A stretch of 64,000 nt of DNA from Roseibacillus sp. (GCA_965242925.1 CBDEUM010000034.1:192001-256000), one strand, 5' to 3'. Counted from the first letter of the stretch, positions 9,118 through 20,651 are shown. The notes: generated by a model not told the origin, from the sequence alone. A program made the numbers and translations.

Positions 9118-10560
9118 CTAGCGGTTCAGGCGGGCCCCGAGAGCGGCCACCGCCTGCCGCACCTGATCGTCGGTCTGCATCATCTGCTCAACCTTCTTGC
9201 AGGCGTGAATAACGGTGCCGTGATCGCGACCACCGAATGCCTCTCCGATCTCGACGAGGGATCCTCCGGTGAGCTTGCGAGAGAGATACATCGCGATTTG
9301 ACGCGGAAAGGCGATATTGGCAGGACGACGGCGACTCGTCATGTCGGCCAGACGGATGTCATAGTAATCCGCCACCATCTTCTGGATCGTGTCAATGGTC
9401 ACCTTGGCCGCCGCTTCCTCGCGAAGAATGTCGCGCAGGAGATCCTCGATCCTATCGGTTGAGAGCTCTCCCTGGCCGAGCGAATTGAAGGTTGCGATAC
9501 GCACCAGAGCCCCTTCGAGGCGACGGACATTGCTGCGAATACGCTGGGCAATGAAGCGGACCCAGTCATCCGGGATCTTGACTTCCCACTCCTCCATCTT
9601 GCGCCGGAGAATGGCGATCCTGGTCTCCAGTTGCGGTGGCTGCAGAGCCACCGTTAGGCCACATTCGAAACGGGACACAAGGCGCGGTTCAAGGGTCTGG
9701 ATCTCAGAAGCAGGGCGATCACTTGAAAGAACCACCTGGGCCCTTCCGTCGAGGAGAGTGTTGAATGTGTGGAAGAACTCCTCCTGGGATTTTTCCTTGC
9801 CGTGCAGGAACTGCACGTCGTCGACAAGGAGGACATCGGGGCGGCGGTAGCGACGGCGAAAGTTGTCGAGATTGCCCTTCTGGACTGCCAGGATGAACTC
9901 GTTCGTGAATTTCTCGCAGGTCAGATAAATGACCTTGGAACCCGGACGGGCTTTCAGGATATCCTGCCCGATCGCCTGCATGAGATGGGTCTTGCCGAGA
10001 CCAGATCCTCCATGAATGAAAAGTGGGTTGTAAGCCGTGCGAACACCCGCCGCGATGGCCTTGCATGCCGCATGGGCAAACTGGTTGTTTCCACCCACGA
10101 CAAAGCGGTCGAACGTGTAGAGCGGATTGAGCCCCGCACTTTTCAATGACTTCGCAAGCGCCTCAGCCGCTACTTCCTTGGCCCGCGACTGCCTCTGTGG
10201 CTCTTCCAACAGCGAAAGTTGTTCGCCGGCCGCTCCATTCATGGCCAGCACCCTCGGTCTTCCCCCGCAGCCCAGGACCTGCGACAGCGCATGGGTCAAC
10301 TCAGGCAGGAAATTCTCCTGGATCCAGAGTACGTGCGTCTCGGTGGGCACGAAAACAGTCACCTGATTCGCATCCTCCACCACGAGTTGCATGTGCTTAA
10401 ACCAGCGCTCGGTCGCGTCTCCACTCAACCGGGCGTCCAATAGTCTGAGGATCTGCGTCCTTGCTTCTTCTGTACTGATGCGCGCACCGCCACGGGCGGA
10501 TACTTCCCCCACTCTTGTCCCTCTTGGTGTCGAAACACCACCTTCATCCCTGCTGCTCAT
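9118..10560 (-). CDS. dnaA: Chromosomal replication initiator DnaA
   Basis: YTFDRFVVG, NPLFIHGGSGLGKTHL, LLVDDVQFL, QEEFFHTFN, FGGRDHGTVIHA; ATG at 10560 preferred. Confidence 0.98.
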   Translation of the reverse strand: MSSRDEGGVSTPRGTRVGEVSARGGARISTEEARTQILRLLDARLSGDATERWFKHMQLVVEDANQVTVFVPTETHVLWIQENFLPELTHALSQVLGCGGRPRVLAMNGAAGEQLSLLEEPQRQSRAKEVAAEALAKSLKSAGLNPLYTFDRFVVGGNNQFAHAACKAIAAGVRTAYNPLFIHGGSGLGKTHLMQAIGQDILKARPGSKVIYLTCEKFTNEFILAVQKGNLDNFRRRYRRPDVLLVDDVQFLHGKEKSQEEFFHTFNTLLDGRAQVVLSSDRPASEIQTLEPRLVSRFECGLTVALQPPQLETRIAILRRKMEEWEVKIPDDWVRFIAQRIRSNVRRLEGALVRIATFNSLGQGELSTDRIEDLLRDILREEAAAKVTIDTIQKMVADYYDIRLADMTSRRRPANIAFPRQIAMYLSRKLTGGSLVEIGEAFGGRDHGTVIHACKKVEQMMQTDDQVRQAVAALGARLNR

Positions 10561-10598
10561 TACTGTTCTCCAATTCCTGCTTTTTGATTGATTCTTGT

Positions 10599-10731
10599 TT
10601 ATCCATTCCCCGCTTAACTTTGAAGCCTGACAACCCGCGAGGAACAGCTGCCATGGAATTACCGTCTGTGACGAGGTCGTCAAAATTATTTAGAGAAGAA
10701 AATCGCACCCCCTTCGCACCTCTTTTCCACA
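10599..10731. promoter_or_regulatory. DnaA-box-like sites upstream of dnaA (possible autoregulation)
   Basis: TTTTCCACA at 10723-10731 (1 mismatch to TTATCCACA) and TTATCCATT at 10599-10607 (2 mismatches) in AT-richer DNA. Confidence 0.4.
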
Positions 10732-10948
10732 AGCGTTCCACGGCGTTGACGATGTTAGACTCCAAAGGTCGCCTGTTAAGTTCACCAAAAGAAACGAGCA
10801 GTTTGAATCCCTGATGAAATCGGTTGCTGCATTAGTTTGACACCGGGTTCCATTCCGAACCCGCGGCAAATCGGGCGGCGCTTGGAAAGGTGCAACTCGC
10901 TGACGGCAAGCACCCCTGCGGCCCCTGGGCGGCGCCGCCCATGCGAGG

Positions 10949-12565
10949 TCATGCCCCGGATCGCGTCTTTCCCCGGCCCGGCCAGAAGTATCCGCAGCCA
11001 AATGTCACAATGGTGGTGGCGGGCCAGGCCCAGAAAAAGCCCACGGTTGTCCTGAGAGTCTCCCCATCGCCTTCTCCTTCAAGGTAATACATGGGAAGGG
11101 CCGCCAGCCACTGGTAGGGCATTCTCACAAACTCGAGGCTATGGAGAAGAGCCCAGACGTCATTCCGGATAAAGAGCACCCCTAAGAAGGATATGATTGA
11201 ACCTGTCAGCAATCCTTTGAAGCTGCCTCGTCCGAGTAAGGCACAGAGGAACATGGCCAAAAGTGGTCCCATAGTGTAGGTGGTCATCCCGAAGGCGAGA
11301 GGAAGTATGGCTACGCCCGTCTCCTGCTGCACCCAGCGCATAAGGAGGGTGAACAGGGTGAGGAACAGCCCCCAGATCACCACCCACATCCGGGCCTTGG
11401 CCACGAGCTCCCGTTGCTCCTCCGCACTCCCATGCTCCTCGGGCTTGTAGAGCACCGAAACGGTGGTCTGGCTGAGGGCCGCAAGGATCGAGTCCAGGCT
11501 GGAGATGGCCGCAGCAAAGACCCCCCCCAGGATCAGACCGCTCAACCCTGGCGGCAGTTCCCTCACGATCCAGATCGGGAAAACGTTGTCCGCTTCCCCC
11601 GGCGTTCCGCTCCCGGCGTTCCACTTCATCCCCTCTGCCACCACGTCTTCGGGCGGGTGCCTGGCGTACCACACGAAGAGGGCTGCGCCCACCATGAGCA
11701 TTAGCAGGGTGATCAATTGCCCCACCGAACTCCACATGATGGCCTTGCCCGCGTCCCGGGCGTTTTTGCAGCAGAACATCCGCTGGGCGTTGAGTTGATC
11801 GACCCCGTAGGCGCCCAAATTCTGAAACGGAACCGCAAAAATAGCGACCCAGAAGGTGAATTTGAAGGCGTCCGAGACGCCCGCGTCGAAGCTCAGCCAC
11901 TCCGTTTTGCCGGCCTCGGCGGCGGTCTCAATCCAACCGGGCCCCAGGTGACTGCCTACCCAGAACAGGGTGATTAATCCTCCCGCCGAGAAAAGGAAGA
12001 ACTGCATCACATCCGTCCAGATCACGGTTCGCATACCGCCCATGAGCGTCCACCCGATGGCAAAGACGCCGATAATGAGAATACACGCCTCAAAAGAGAA
12101 TGGCGTCACAATCATGAGCGGGATCGCAGCCACAAGGACCCGAACACTCTGCGCAAGGATGGACCCGATCGTGAAGAAGATCGTCGCCAGGGTCTTGAGC
12201 TGGGGTTTGATCCGGCGCCCCATGTAGTCGTAGGGACTATAGATGTCCTCCTCGTAGAAGACCCTTGTGAAAGCCAAACCCACAATGACACGGCCAATGA
12301 TCGAGCCCAGAGCCCAGACCAGATAGGTAAAGTTTCCATTGGCCGCCATCACCCCGCCTGGCACCCCGATGAAAGTGACTCCACTGATTTCAGTCGCGAT
12401 GATCGAGCCGCACACCGCCAACCAGGGGAGCGAACGCCCACCCGCAAAGAAATCACTCATGGAGGCCTGTTTTCCCCGCATGACGTGCCCAACCCAGGTG
12501 GTCAATCCGAGGTATCCGAAGAGCACTATCCAGTCCAGGGCCTTGAACCACTCGTGAATCTCCAT
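10949..12565 (-). CDS. Sodium:solute symporter (SSS) family transporter
   Basis: Many TM helices; DFFAGGRSLPW, GGMRTVIWTDVMQ, DQLNAQR, AAAISSLDS. Confidence 0.92.
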   Translation of the reverse strand: MEIHEWFKALDWIVLFGYLGLTTWVGHVMRGKQASMSDFFAGGRSLPWLAVCGSIIATEISGVTFIGVPGGVMAANGNFTYLVWALGSIIGRVIVGLAFTRVFYEEDIYSPYDYMGRRIKPQLKTLATIFFTIGSILAQSVRVLVAAIPLMIVTPFSFEACILIIGVFAIGWTLMGGMRTVIWTDVMQFFLFSAGGLITLFWVGSHLGPGWIETAAEAGKTEWLSFDAGVSDAFKFTFWVAIFAVPFQNLGAYGVDQLNAQRMFCCKNARDAGKAIMWSSVGQLITLLMLMVGAALFVWYARHPPEDVVAEGMKWNAGSGTPGEADNVFPIWIVRELPPGLSGLILGGVFAAAISSLDSILAALSQTTVSVLYKPEEHGSAEEQRELVAKARMWVVIWGLFLTLFTLLMRWVQQETGVAILPLAFGMTTYTMGPLLAMFLCALLGRGSFKGLLTGSIISFLGVLFIRNDVWALLHSLEFVRMPYQWLAALPMYYLEGEGDGETLRTTVGFFWAWPATTIVTFGCGYFWPGRGKTRSGA

Positions 12566-12690
12566 CGGCAACCTCAGCCTACCGCCCTCCGCGCCCTTCG
12601 TCGACCCTTCGCTGAAAAAATTCAACCAATCGAAAGTAATATTCTTGTCGACCTGCTCCGAGCGGATAGTCTCCGACTTTATTCGTTAAG

Positions 12691-13452
12691 GTGCCTGCAG
12701 AGGGAACGACAGCCAAGGTCGCTGGTATCATCCCCGCCCGATGGGGATCCTCCCGCTTCCCCGGAAAGCCCCTCCATCACCTGGCAGGCAAGAGCCTGCT
12801 CCGGCACGTCTTTGAGCGGGCGGACAAATGTGAGCGACTCGATCTTATCCTGGTCGCCACTGACGACGTCCGCATCAAGGAAGAAGCCGTCTCCTTCGGC
12901 GCCGAGGTTGTCATGACCTCCTCCGACCACTCCACTGGCACGGACCGCATTGCGGAAGCTGTCCTGCCACATCCCGAGATCACCCACGTCATAAACATCC
13001 AGGGCGACGAACCCCTCGTGGACCCCGCCCTGGTCGACTCCTTGGTGACCGCACTGACAGCCGAACCCAACCTGCCCATGATCACGGCCGCCAATCCGGT
13101 GACGGACCTCGCCCAACTCGATGACCCCGACATCGTGAAGGTCGTCGTCGATGGGAAGGGAAACGCTCTCTATTTCTCCCGCAGTCCCCTTCCCTTCCTC
13201 AGGACCCGCCCCGACGCCCTCGCGCCCCTGCGGCACATGGGCCTCTACGGCTACCGCCGCGATTTCCTCGAACAGTTCGTCAGTTGGCCTCCCGGCCTGC
13301 TTGAGCAGGCGGAACAACTCGAGCAACTCCGCGCCCTTGAAAACGGCGCCCGCATCCGCGTTGTCCTGACCGAAGATCATTCCATCGGACTCGATACCCC
13401 CGAACAGGTTCCACAGCTGGAAGCTCTGCTTGCCGCCTGCAACACCTCCTAA
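12691..13452 (+). CDS. kdsB: 3-deoxy-manno-octulosonate cytidylyltransferase
   Basis: [47 protein letters not shown]. Confidence 0.97.
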   Translation: MPAEGTTAKVAGIIPARWGSSRFPGKPLHHLAGKSLLRHVFERADKCERLDLILVATDDVRIKEEAVSFGAEVVMTSSDHSTGTDRIAEAVLPHPEITHVINIQGDEPLVDPALVDSLVTALTAEPNLPMITAANPVTDLAQLDDPDIVKVVVDGKGNALYFSRSPLPFLRTRPDALAPLRHMGLYGYRRDFLEQFVSWPPGLLEQAEQLEQLRALENGARIRVVLTEDHSIGLDTPEQVPQLEALLAACNTS

Positions 13453-13483
13453 TATTCTGAGCACTAACAACCAATCATCTGGC

Positions 13484-15103
13484 GTGAAATACATCTTCGT
13501 CACCGGAGGGGTAGTCTCTTCCCTTGGAAAGGGACTCGCCTCAGCGTCCATCGGCACCCTGCTCGAACATCGTGGCCTCAAGGTCACCATCCAGAAGTTC
13601 GACCCCTACCTCAATGTCGATCCCGGAACCATGTCTCCCTACCAGCACGGAGAGGTCTACGTCCTCAACGACGGCGCGGAAACTGATCTGGACCTGGGGC
13701 ACTATGAGCGTTTCACCAACTGCGTCCTGACCCGCTTCAATAATCTCACCTCCGGCCAGGTCTTCGAGAACGTCATCAAGAAGGAACGCAAGGGCGATTA
13801 CCTCGGCAAGACCGTGCAGTTCATCCCCCATGTAACCGACGAGATCAAGGCCCGTATTCACGACCTCTCCTCAAAGAACCCCGAGGTCGACGTCATCATT
13901 ACCGAGATTGGCGGCACCGTCGGGGACATCGAGGGGCACCTCTTCCTGGAGGCCCTCCGTCAGTTTTCCCTGGAGGTGGGGCGCGAGAATGTCTGCTTCA
14001 TTCACGTCACCCTCCTGCCCCTCATCCGGGCGGCGGGGGAGATCAAGACCAAGCCCACCCAGCAGTCGGTAGCCAAGTTGCGCGAAATCGGAATCCAGCC
14101 GGACATCATCATCTGCCGCACCGAGCACGACCTTGACGAGGACAACCGACGTAAGATCGCAATGTTCTGTAACGTCGAGAAGAAGAACGTAGTGGCCTTC
14201 CGCGACGTGAAACACACAATCTACGAGTGTCCTCTCGACCTGCGTCGCGACAAGATCGACCGCCTCGTGGTCGACAACCTGGGAATTGATTCCCCCACCC
14301 CCGACCTGCAGGGCTGGGAGAACTTCGTGGAACGCCTCATCAAGCCAAAGCACGCGGTGGACATTGCGGTGGCGGGTAAGTACATCGAGTTACAGGACGC
14401 CTACAAATCCATCTACGAGTCCCTCACCATCGCGGGGGCCGCCCATCACACCAAGGTGAACATCGTGCGGGTGGACTCGGAATCGATCGAGGAACACGGG
14501 GCTCAGAACGTCATCGGGGAAGTCGACGGCATTCTCATCCCTGGCGGATTTGGTGACCGGGGCATCGAAGGCAAGATCCAGGCGGCCCACTACGCCCGCT
14601 CCATGCGTATTCCCTACCTCGGAATCTGTCTCGGAATGCAAGTGGCCACCATCGAGTTCGCCCGTAACGTCTGCGGGCTTGAGGGTGCGGATTCTACTGA
14701 ATGCAACAAGGACGCCCCCCATCCGGTCATCTGCCTGCAGGAGGAACAAAAGGGAGTCGAAGACATGGGCGCCACCATGCGACTGGGGGCCAGCGAGTCC
14801 AATCTCCTGCCCGGGACCATGGCGGCAGAGCTCTACGGTGGTGCCGACGTGATCAGTGAACGTCACCGCCACCGCTACGAGTTCAACCCCGACTATCTCG
14901 ATCAGTTTCGGGATGCGGGGATGATAATTTCCTCCACCTCGGCCAAGGAGGGCCTGGTGGAAATCATAGAGCTCTCCGATCACCCCTTCTATCTAGGCGC
15001 CCAATTCCATCCTGAGTTTCAATCCAGGCCTAACAAGCCGCATCCCCTCTTCTCGGGCTTCGTGAAGGCCGCACTGGACGCAAAGGTTACTGTGCCGGCT
15101 TGA
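13484..15103 (+). CDS. pyrG: CTP synthase
   Basis: [58 protein letters not shown] start 13484. Confidence 0.98.
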   Translation: MKYIFVTGGVVSSLGKGLASASIGTLLEHRGLKVTIQKFDPYLNVDPGTMSPYQHGEVYVLNDGAETDLDLGHYERFTNCVLTRFNNLTSGQVFENVIKKERKGDYLGKTVQFIPHVTDEIKARIHDLSSKNPEVDVIITEIGGTVGDIEGHLFLEALRQFSLEVGRENVCFIHVTLLPLIRAAGEIKTKPTQQSVAKLREIGIQPDIIICRTEHDLDEDNRRKIAMFCNVEKKNVVAFRDVKHTIYECPLDLRRDKIDRLVVDNLGIDSPTPDLQGWENFVERLIKPKHAVDIAVAGKYIELQDAYKSIYESLTIAGAAHHTKVNIVRVDSESIEEHGAQNVIGEVDGILIPGGFGDRGIEGKIQAAHYARSMRIPYLGICLGMQVATIEFARNVCGLEGADSTECNKDAPHPVICLQEEQKGVEDMGATMRLGASESNLLPGTMAAELYGGADVISERHRHRYEFNPDYLDQFRDAGMIISSTSAKEGLVEIIELSDHPFYLGAQFHPEFQSRPNKPHPLFSGFVKAALDAKVTVPA

Positions 15104-15142
15104 AGCCCGGTGTCCGGTGCTGCGCCATCACCGGAGAACCCC

Positions 15143-16231
15143 ATGTCTCCCCATCAACTCCTCCTCCTGGGTCTCAGCGGTCCGGTCCTCACCCCCGGGG
15201 AAATCGCTCTCTATCGCGAACTGCAACCCGGCGGATTTGTCCTTTTTTCCCGCAACCTGGTCAGTGCCAGGCAAACCCGCCAGCTCACCGATAACCTGCG
15301 CGCGCTTTGCCGGACCCCTCCCTTCATCGCCATCGATAATGAAGGAGGGCGGGTCTGGCGCACGGCCCCGTTCACTCCCTCCCTCCCATCCCCGGAGCAG
15401 TTGCAAAGGAAGGGTGACACCAGTCTAATCGCCCGGGCCGGGTGGGCCACCGGGCGACTCCTCGAACTCCTCGGAATCAACTTGAATCTTGCACCGGTGC
15501 TCGACATCGATCACCTCCCCGGGGCCCCCAACGCCCTCCGGGGCCGCTGCTGGGGCCAGCGAGATCAGGAGGTCATCAACAATGCCGGGGTATTCAACCG
15601 CTGGCAACGCCGTCAACACATCCTCGGATGCGCCAAGCACTTCCCAGCCGGGGGACGCGCCACAAATGACCCTCATCATGATCTTCCGGTGGTCGAGATG
15701 GACACCGATGAACTGCAACGCAGCGACCTCATTCCCTACACCGCCCTCATGCCTGAACTGGATGCCATCATGATCAGTCATCTCCATTTTCCTCGAATCG
15801 ACAAGGACGGCCTTCCAGCCTCGCTCTCCCGGAACATCATCCAGCGACTGCTCCGTGACCGCCTCGGATTCGACGAACATCTTGTCCTCACCGACGACCT
15901 CGACATGGGAGCTATTCAACAGGGCTACGGCACCCCGGAGGCAGCTCGCATGGCAATCGAAGCTGGGGGTGACCTTGTCCTGCTCTGCCACGAATTCATG
16001 AATGCCCGCCAGACCCTGGCAGCCCTGCAGGAACTTCCAGGTCCAGTTCTTTCCGACACCGAGACCCGTATCGAGAAGGCAAGGAGACGGCTGCGGATTC
16101 CTCCCGATTACTCGGGGGAAAAGCTAAACGAAATTACCGGGGAGCTCATTAAACTCCGCGAGGACGTTCTCGGGGAGGAAAGCGATCCAGATGCAGGCGA
16201 ACCACCGCAGAGCCCGGTGGAGGGTTATTGA
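15143..16231 (+). CDS. nagZ: GH3 N-terminal-domain beta-N-acetylhexosaminidase (NagZ-like)
   Basis: IAIDNEGGRV, NLAPVLDI, KHFPAGGRATNDPH, TDDLDMGA. Confidence 0.82.
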   Translation: MSPHQLLLLGLSGPVLTPGEIALYRELQPGGFVLFSRNLVSARQTRQLTDNLRALCRTPPFIAIDNEGGRVWRTAPFTPSLPSPEQLQRKGDTSLIARAGWATGRLLELLGINLNLAPVLDIDHLPGAPNALRGRCWGQRDQEVINNAGVFNRWQRRQHILGCAKHFPAGGRATNDPHHDLPVVEMDTDELQRSDLIPYTALMPELDAIMISHLHFPRIDKDGLPASLSRNIIQRLLRDRLGFDEHLVLTDDLDMGAIQQGYGTPEAARMAIEAGGDLVLLCHEFMNARQTLAALQELPGPVLSDTETRIEKARRRLRIPPDYSGEKLNEITGELIKLREDVLGEESDPDAGEPPQSPVEGY

Positions 16232-16272
16232 GTTTCCTGCAACTCTGACAGGTGGGCGGGGACGACAGGCAG

Positions 16273-17838
16273 CTACCCCCTACCGGAAGTCTCATCACTC
16301 CCCAAGGGCCGCACCAGACTCCTTCCCGTCATTTCGGAAGGTTGCCGAAGCCCCAGCATTGCCAGGAGAGTGGGCGCAACGTCCGCCAGGATACCATCAT
16401 CAACCATCATGCATTCGGCATCGTCGGCTACATATACCGCGTGCACGAGGTTGGTGGTGTGTGCGGTGTGTGGAGAACCGTCGGCATTGCGCATGAACTC
16501 GCAGTTCCCATGATCTGCAGTGATGAGCAACTTACCCCCCAGTCGCAGGGTCTCCTCCACCACCTGCCGCACACCGTCATCAATCGTTTGCACCGCCTTG
16601 ACGGCGGCCTCGACAACCCCGGTGTGCCCCACCATGTCCGGGTTTGCATAGTTGAGGATGACGAGGTTGTAATCCTTCAGCTTCTCAACCACCTGGGCGG
16701 TCACTTCAGGTGCGCTCATCTCCGGTTTGTGATCGTAGGTCGGCACCTCTTTCGGAGACGGGATGATGATCCGTTCTTCCTCACTACAGGGCGCCTCCTC
16801 CCCACCGTTGAAGAAGTAGGTTACATGCGGATACTTCTCCGTTTCCGCAATGCGGAGTTGATTCCTCCCCGCTGCCGCCACCACCTGCCCCAGCACGTTC
16901 ACCAGGGTTTCGGAGGGAAAGACCACCGGGCAACCGTAGGTTTGGTCGTATTCGGTCAGGGTCACGTAGTGAACGGCGGGACGCGCCCCTGTCTCGAAGC
17001 CCCCGAATCCCTCGGTCAGGAACGCTTCGGAAAGCTGGCGGGCCCGGTCAGCCCGGAAGTTGAAGAAGAGAACGACATCTCCGTCGCGAACCCGCTGTGT
17101 ATTGGCCTCGTGGAAAATGATGGCAGGCAGAAACTCGTCTGTCTTGTTCTCCTTGTAGTGCTGCGCCACGGCCTCGCTAGCTAGAATTTCACTCGCCTCA
17201 CCAACACCATGAACGATGGCGTCCCATCCCAGTTTGGTCCGCTCCCATCGACGGTCCCGGTCCATCGCAAAATAGCGGCCTACCACCGTCGCTATCCGCG
17301 CACCGTGCTGCGCAAGCCCATCTTCCACCTTCCCGAGGAAATCCGCCCCGCCAGTGGGCGAGGTGTCCCGCCCGTCTGTAATGGCATGGGCCATGATGTC
17401 CTCAACGCCTGCTGCCCTGGCCGCCCCTGCCAGGGACACCAGGTGGTCCTGGTGGCTGTGCACTCCCCCATCCGAAACAAGTCCTATCAAGTGCAGTCGA
17501 CTGGATCGGGCCTTGGAAAACGCCTCCTGAAGAACAGCATTTGCAGCCAGTTCTCCCCCCTCGATCACCTTGTTGATCCGGGTCAGATCCTGGTAGACAA
17601 TTCGTCCCGCTCCCAGGTTCAGATGTCCCACCTCGGAATTTCCCATCTGGCCATCGGGCAGCCCTACATCCATTCCCGAACAGCTCACAAATCCCCTCGG
17701 ATACCTCGCCAGCATCTCATCGTGAAACGGCGTCTTGGCGAGCAGGGTGGCATTCCCATCGGCCTGCGCCGTTGCCGCCCCCCCAGGATTCACACCCCAG
17801 CCATCCCGAATTATGAGAACCACAGGTGGTTTTGGCAT
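16273..17838 (-). CDS. gpmI: 2,3-bisphosphoglycerate-independent phosphoglycerate mutase
   Basis: IRDGWG, GQMGNSEVGH, SDGGVHSH, DGRDT, AETEKYPHVT, NPDMVGHTG, TADHGN. Confidence 0.97.
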   Translation of the reverse strand: MPKPPVVLIIRDGWGVNPGGAATAQADGNATLLAKTPFHDEMLARYPRGFVSCSGMDVGLPDGQMGNSEVGHLNLGAGRIVYQDLTRINKVIEGGELAANAVLQEAFSKARSSRLHLIGLVSDGGVHSHQDHLVSLAGAARAAGVEDIMAHAITDGRDTSPTGGADFLGKVEDGLAQHGARIATVVGRYFAMDRDRRWERTKLGWDAIVHGVGEASEILASEAVAQHYKENKTDEFLPAIIFHEANTQRVRDGDVVLFFNFRADRARQLSEAFLTEGFGGFETGARPAVHYVTLTEYDQTYGCPVVFPSETLVNVLGQVVAAAGRNQLRIAETEKYPHVTYFFNGGEEAPCSEEERIIIPSPKEVPTYDHKPEMSAPEVTAQVVEKLKDYNLVILNYANPDMVGHTGVVEAAVKAVQTIDDGVRQVVEETLRLGGKLLITADHGNCEFMRNADGSPHTAHTTNLVHAVYVADDAECMMVDDGILADVAPTLLAMLGLRQPSEMTGRSLVRPLGSDETSGRG

Positions 17839-18035
17839 GACTCGACGGACCATAGTGACGGACGGCCTCATGCCAAAGCGCAATCTCGATTCTTCCTGAA
17901 CCCCACTCGAGCTATCCTCCTGCAGTCCGTTTCAGAAAATACGCCGCCGGTCCGGGTCTTGGCGCTCTTATCCCGGTCCGGAAGAATCCCCCTGTCCGGG
18001 TGAAGCAATTTGGCAGGTCCTTGTCTGCCCCGACG

Positions 18036-19700
18036 CTAATCGGTCACCTGCACGTTATCAATAGACAGTCCGCTGAAGGCATCAACACCTCCATCACTCA
18101 CGAAATTCCACTCGATGATAACATCCTGTCCAATGGCCTCCGGCACCACTGGCATCCTGATCATGATCCAATCGGCATCAAAAACGGTCATGTCGAGTGG
18201 CGTCGCCGCTCCCAGCTGCACCAGATCGACCGCTCCGAGGAATCGCACGGTCGCAATGTCTCCCACACCATCAGCATCGCGAAAAGCCATGAAACTCAAC
18301 TCCGCCTCCGCGACCGTGCTCATATCCAGCACCGGTGACCGTAGAGAGATGTTCGAATCTGCGCCGTAATCACCCAGGTTCGTGGACCAGGCATTACTCG
18401 AATCCTCCGCTCCGGTGAGCGGACCGGTCGTTGCCTCCGGTGCACCAAGCTCCCAGCGCGTGTTGCCGCCCGGGTCGTTTATGACAGTGGTCCATCCGCC
18501 TGCCCCGGATTCGAGATCATCAGAGAGAATAATGACCGGGGGGGCATCGAATTCCCCAACCACAAAGAAACGCCTCTCATCGGCGGGCATGGGCACCACC
18601 AGAGTGTTTTTCGGGGGAGTCGCCACCAGCCCCTGCTGTCCATCAAAGATCGGCCACTGGGCAGGATCACCATTGGAAGAGTCAAGCTCGCTGCGCAGGT
18701 TGTAGAGCTTCCCCGGAGAACTTTCCCACTGGATCATCAGTTCGTTGCTGCTGGGCAAGCGACTCATCTCCGTAACCCGAAGCTTCTTCGTCGGGAGCGG
18801 GACATGAACACCTTCCTTCGCGAGAAAGAAATCGATGTCAACCGCCCCGGTCTCTGGAGTAGCTCCCAATCCCATCACCGCATAAGTGTAGCTTTCATCG
18901 CCATTGCTCCCGGAGGTGAGGTGAAATGTCCGGGGAACCGATTCCCCACTCAGGTAGATGTCGGCCCGGTGCGTTCCTCCACCCGAACTGTCCGCCTCCA
19001 GGGTAACCCATACGTCCATCCAGTCCTGCGGAATGACATCCAACACATTTGCAGTGCCGGCAGCGTCATCGCCATCCACCTCCTCTGAGGGAAAGGCGCC
19101 GTTCAAACGATTCATCACCAGGCCTTCTCCTCCGGTAAAATCTCCCAGAGCAGTATTCGCGTAACTCGTGGAAGGAGCGAAGGACACGCTGCCTCCATAG
19201 AGCTGATCCCATATCCCGATAACACTTTTACCTCCATTGTGCAGGGCATATCCATCCCCCAGGGGGGGCCAACGACGCCCATCCGAGTAATTGTCCAGAG
19301 GACCGCTCTCGCGAATAGCCACCCGCGTGCGAAAATACATTGTGACCCCTCCAGCGAGGGGCGAATAACCAGGGCTCAAAACAGGGGTGAGATCCTTCGT
19401 AAAATAAATCTTCCGGTTAGACGGATCGTTGCCGGGATTCCCGGTATCCTGAATACGCAGGAAGGTGTCATCCCCATCTGTAAACACACCCGCCCCGCCT
19501 GGACGCCCAACGCCGATAGTACTGCCGTCCCATGCATCCGAACCGTTGTCGTAATCCCAACCATCCATGGCGGGTTCAACGTCCCCCTCGTAAACCAAGT
19601 CCCACCCCCCGGGGGGATCGGCAAACCCGCTCTCCTGGGCCGACAAAAAAGCACCCGAAAGACAAGCACCCAGGGCGAGGCGGATAAGGGTGGGTTTCAT
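18036..19700 (-). CDS. Exported beta-rich protein: N-terminal jelly-roll-like region, Verrucomicrobia-type Ig-like domain, C-terminal MAM/cleaved-adhesin-like domain
   Basis: Signal peptide MKPTLIRLALGACLSGAFLSA; Asp/Gly/Trp-rich; DDLESGAGGW...LRSPVLD...GLSIDNVQV C-terminal pattern. Confidence 0.72.
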   Translation of the reverse strand: MKPTLIRLALGACLSGAFLSAQESGFADPPGGWDLVYEGDVEPAMDGWDYDNGSDAWDGSTIGVGRPGGAGVFTDGDDTFLRIQDTGNPGNDPSNRKIYFTKDLTPVLSPGYSPLAGGVTMYFRTRVAIRESGPLDNYSDGRRWPPLGDGYALHNGGKSVIGIWDQLYGGSVSFAPSTSYANTALGDFTGGEGLVMNRLNGAFPSEEVDGDDAAGTANVLDVIPQDWMDVWVTLEADSSGGGTHRADIYLSGESVPRTFHLTSGSNGDESYTYAVMGLGATPETGAVDIDFFLAKEGVHVPLPTKKLRVTEMSRLPSSNELMIQWESSPGKLYNLRSELDSSNGDPAQWPIFDGQQGLVATPPKNTLVVPMPADERRFFVVGEFDAPPVIILSDDLESGAGGWTTVINDPGGNTRWELGAPEATTGPLTGAEDSSNAWSTNLGDYGADSNISLRSPVLDMSTVAEAELSFMAFRDADGVGDIATVRFLGAVDLVQLGAATPLDMTVFDADWIMIRMPVVPEAIGQDVIIEWNFVSDGGVDAFSGLSIDNVQVTD

Positions 19701-19850
19701 GGTAGTGGTTTGGCCTTGAACCAAAATACTTGGAGCCTGGGCAGAAAAAGCACCAGAAAAAACTACCCCAAAGGCTCACTCGTCGTCAGATGGGGAAAGA
19801 TTACCGAAGTTTAGAATTTCTCATTGCGGAATTAATGCTTTCCTCCCTCC

Positions 19851-20651
19851 GTGTCCTTTCTCGAACTCGTCGATGTTCACACCCACTTTCCCATCCGCAA
19901 GGGAACCTTCGGTGGGATCACCGGCTTGGTGCGCGCTGTCGATGGGGTCAGCCTCCGGATTGAAAAGGGTGAGATCCTGGGACTCGTCGGGGAGTCCGGC
20001 TGCGGCAAATCCACCCTCTCCCGCACCATCATGCAGCTCCAACCGGCCACCTCCGGCAAAATTCTCCTCGAGGGACAGAATCTCAGCACTCTGAGGCCCT
20101 CCGCCATCCAGAAACGGCGTCTCGACTTCCAAATGATCTTTCAGGATCCCTACGCCTCCCTCAATCCCCGCATGACCGTCTACTCGACCCTCGCCGAGGC
20201 ACTCTGCCAGCGTAGGGGTCTCCGCAACTCCCGAGACAGTCTGGTCAGCAAAGTGGGAGAAGTCATGGAACGGGTCGGCCTCGACGCCCGCTTCATGCGG
20301 AAATATCCCCACGAATTCTCTGGTGGTCAGCGACAGAGGATTGCCATAGCCCGCGCCCTCGCACCCAAACCGAAACTGGTGCTCGCGGATGAACCGGTAT
20401 CCGCTCTGGACGTTTCCATCCAATCCCAGATTCTCAATCTTCTCCTCGAACTGCGCAACGAACTGGATCTGACCATGCTCTTTATTTCCCACGACCTCTC
20501 GGTAGTGCGCTACCTCGCCGATAACATCGCCGTGATGAATGCCGGCAAGATCGTGGAATACGGAACCGCTGATGTCGTCTTTAACAGCCCTGAGAACACC
20601 TACACCCAGAAACTCCTGGCCGCCATTCCCCGGATCCAGTTCTCCGCCTGA
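19851..20651 (+). CDS. Oligopeptide/dipeptide ABC transporter ATP-binding subunit (OppF/DppF-like), orphan
   Basis: GESGCGKST, FQDPYASLNPR, YPHEFSGGQRQR, DEPVSALD, ISHDL. Confidence 0.93.
   Translation: MSFLELVDVHTHFPIRKGTFGGITGLVRAVDGVSLRIEKGEILGLVGESGCGKSTLSRTIMQLQPATSGKILLEGQNLSTLRPSAIQKRRLDFQMIFQDPYASLNPRMTVYSTLAEALCQRRGLRNSRDSLVSKVGEVMERVGLDARFMRKYPHEFSGGQRQRIAIARALAPKPKLVLADEPVSALDVSIQSQILNLLLELRNELDLTMLFISHDLSVVRYLADNIAVMNAGKIVEYGTADVVFNSPENTYTQKLLAAIPRIQFSA

Noticed and set aside
12691..15103. kdsB-pyrG adjacency as a novelty
   Set aside because: A known conserved arrangement in PVC bacteria and others.
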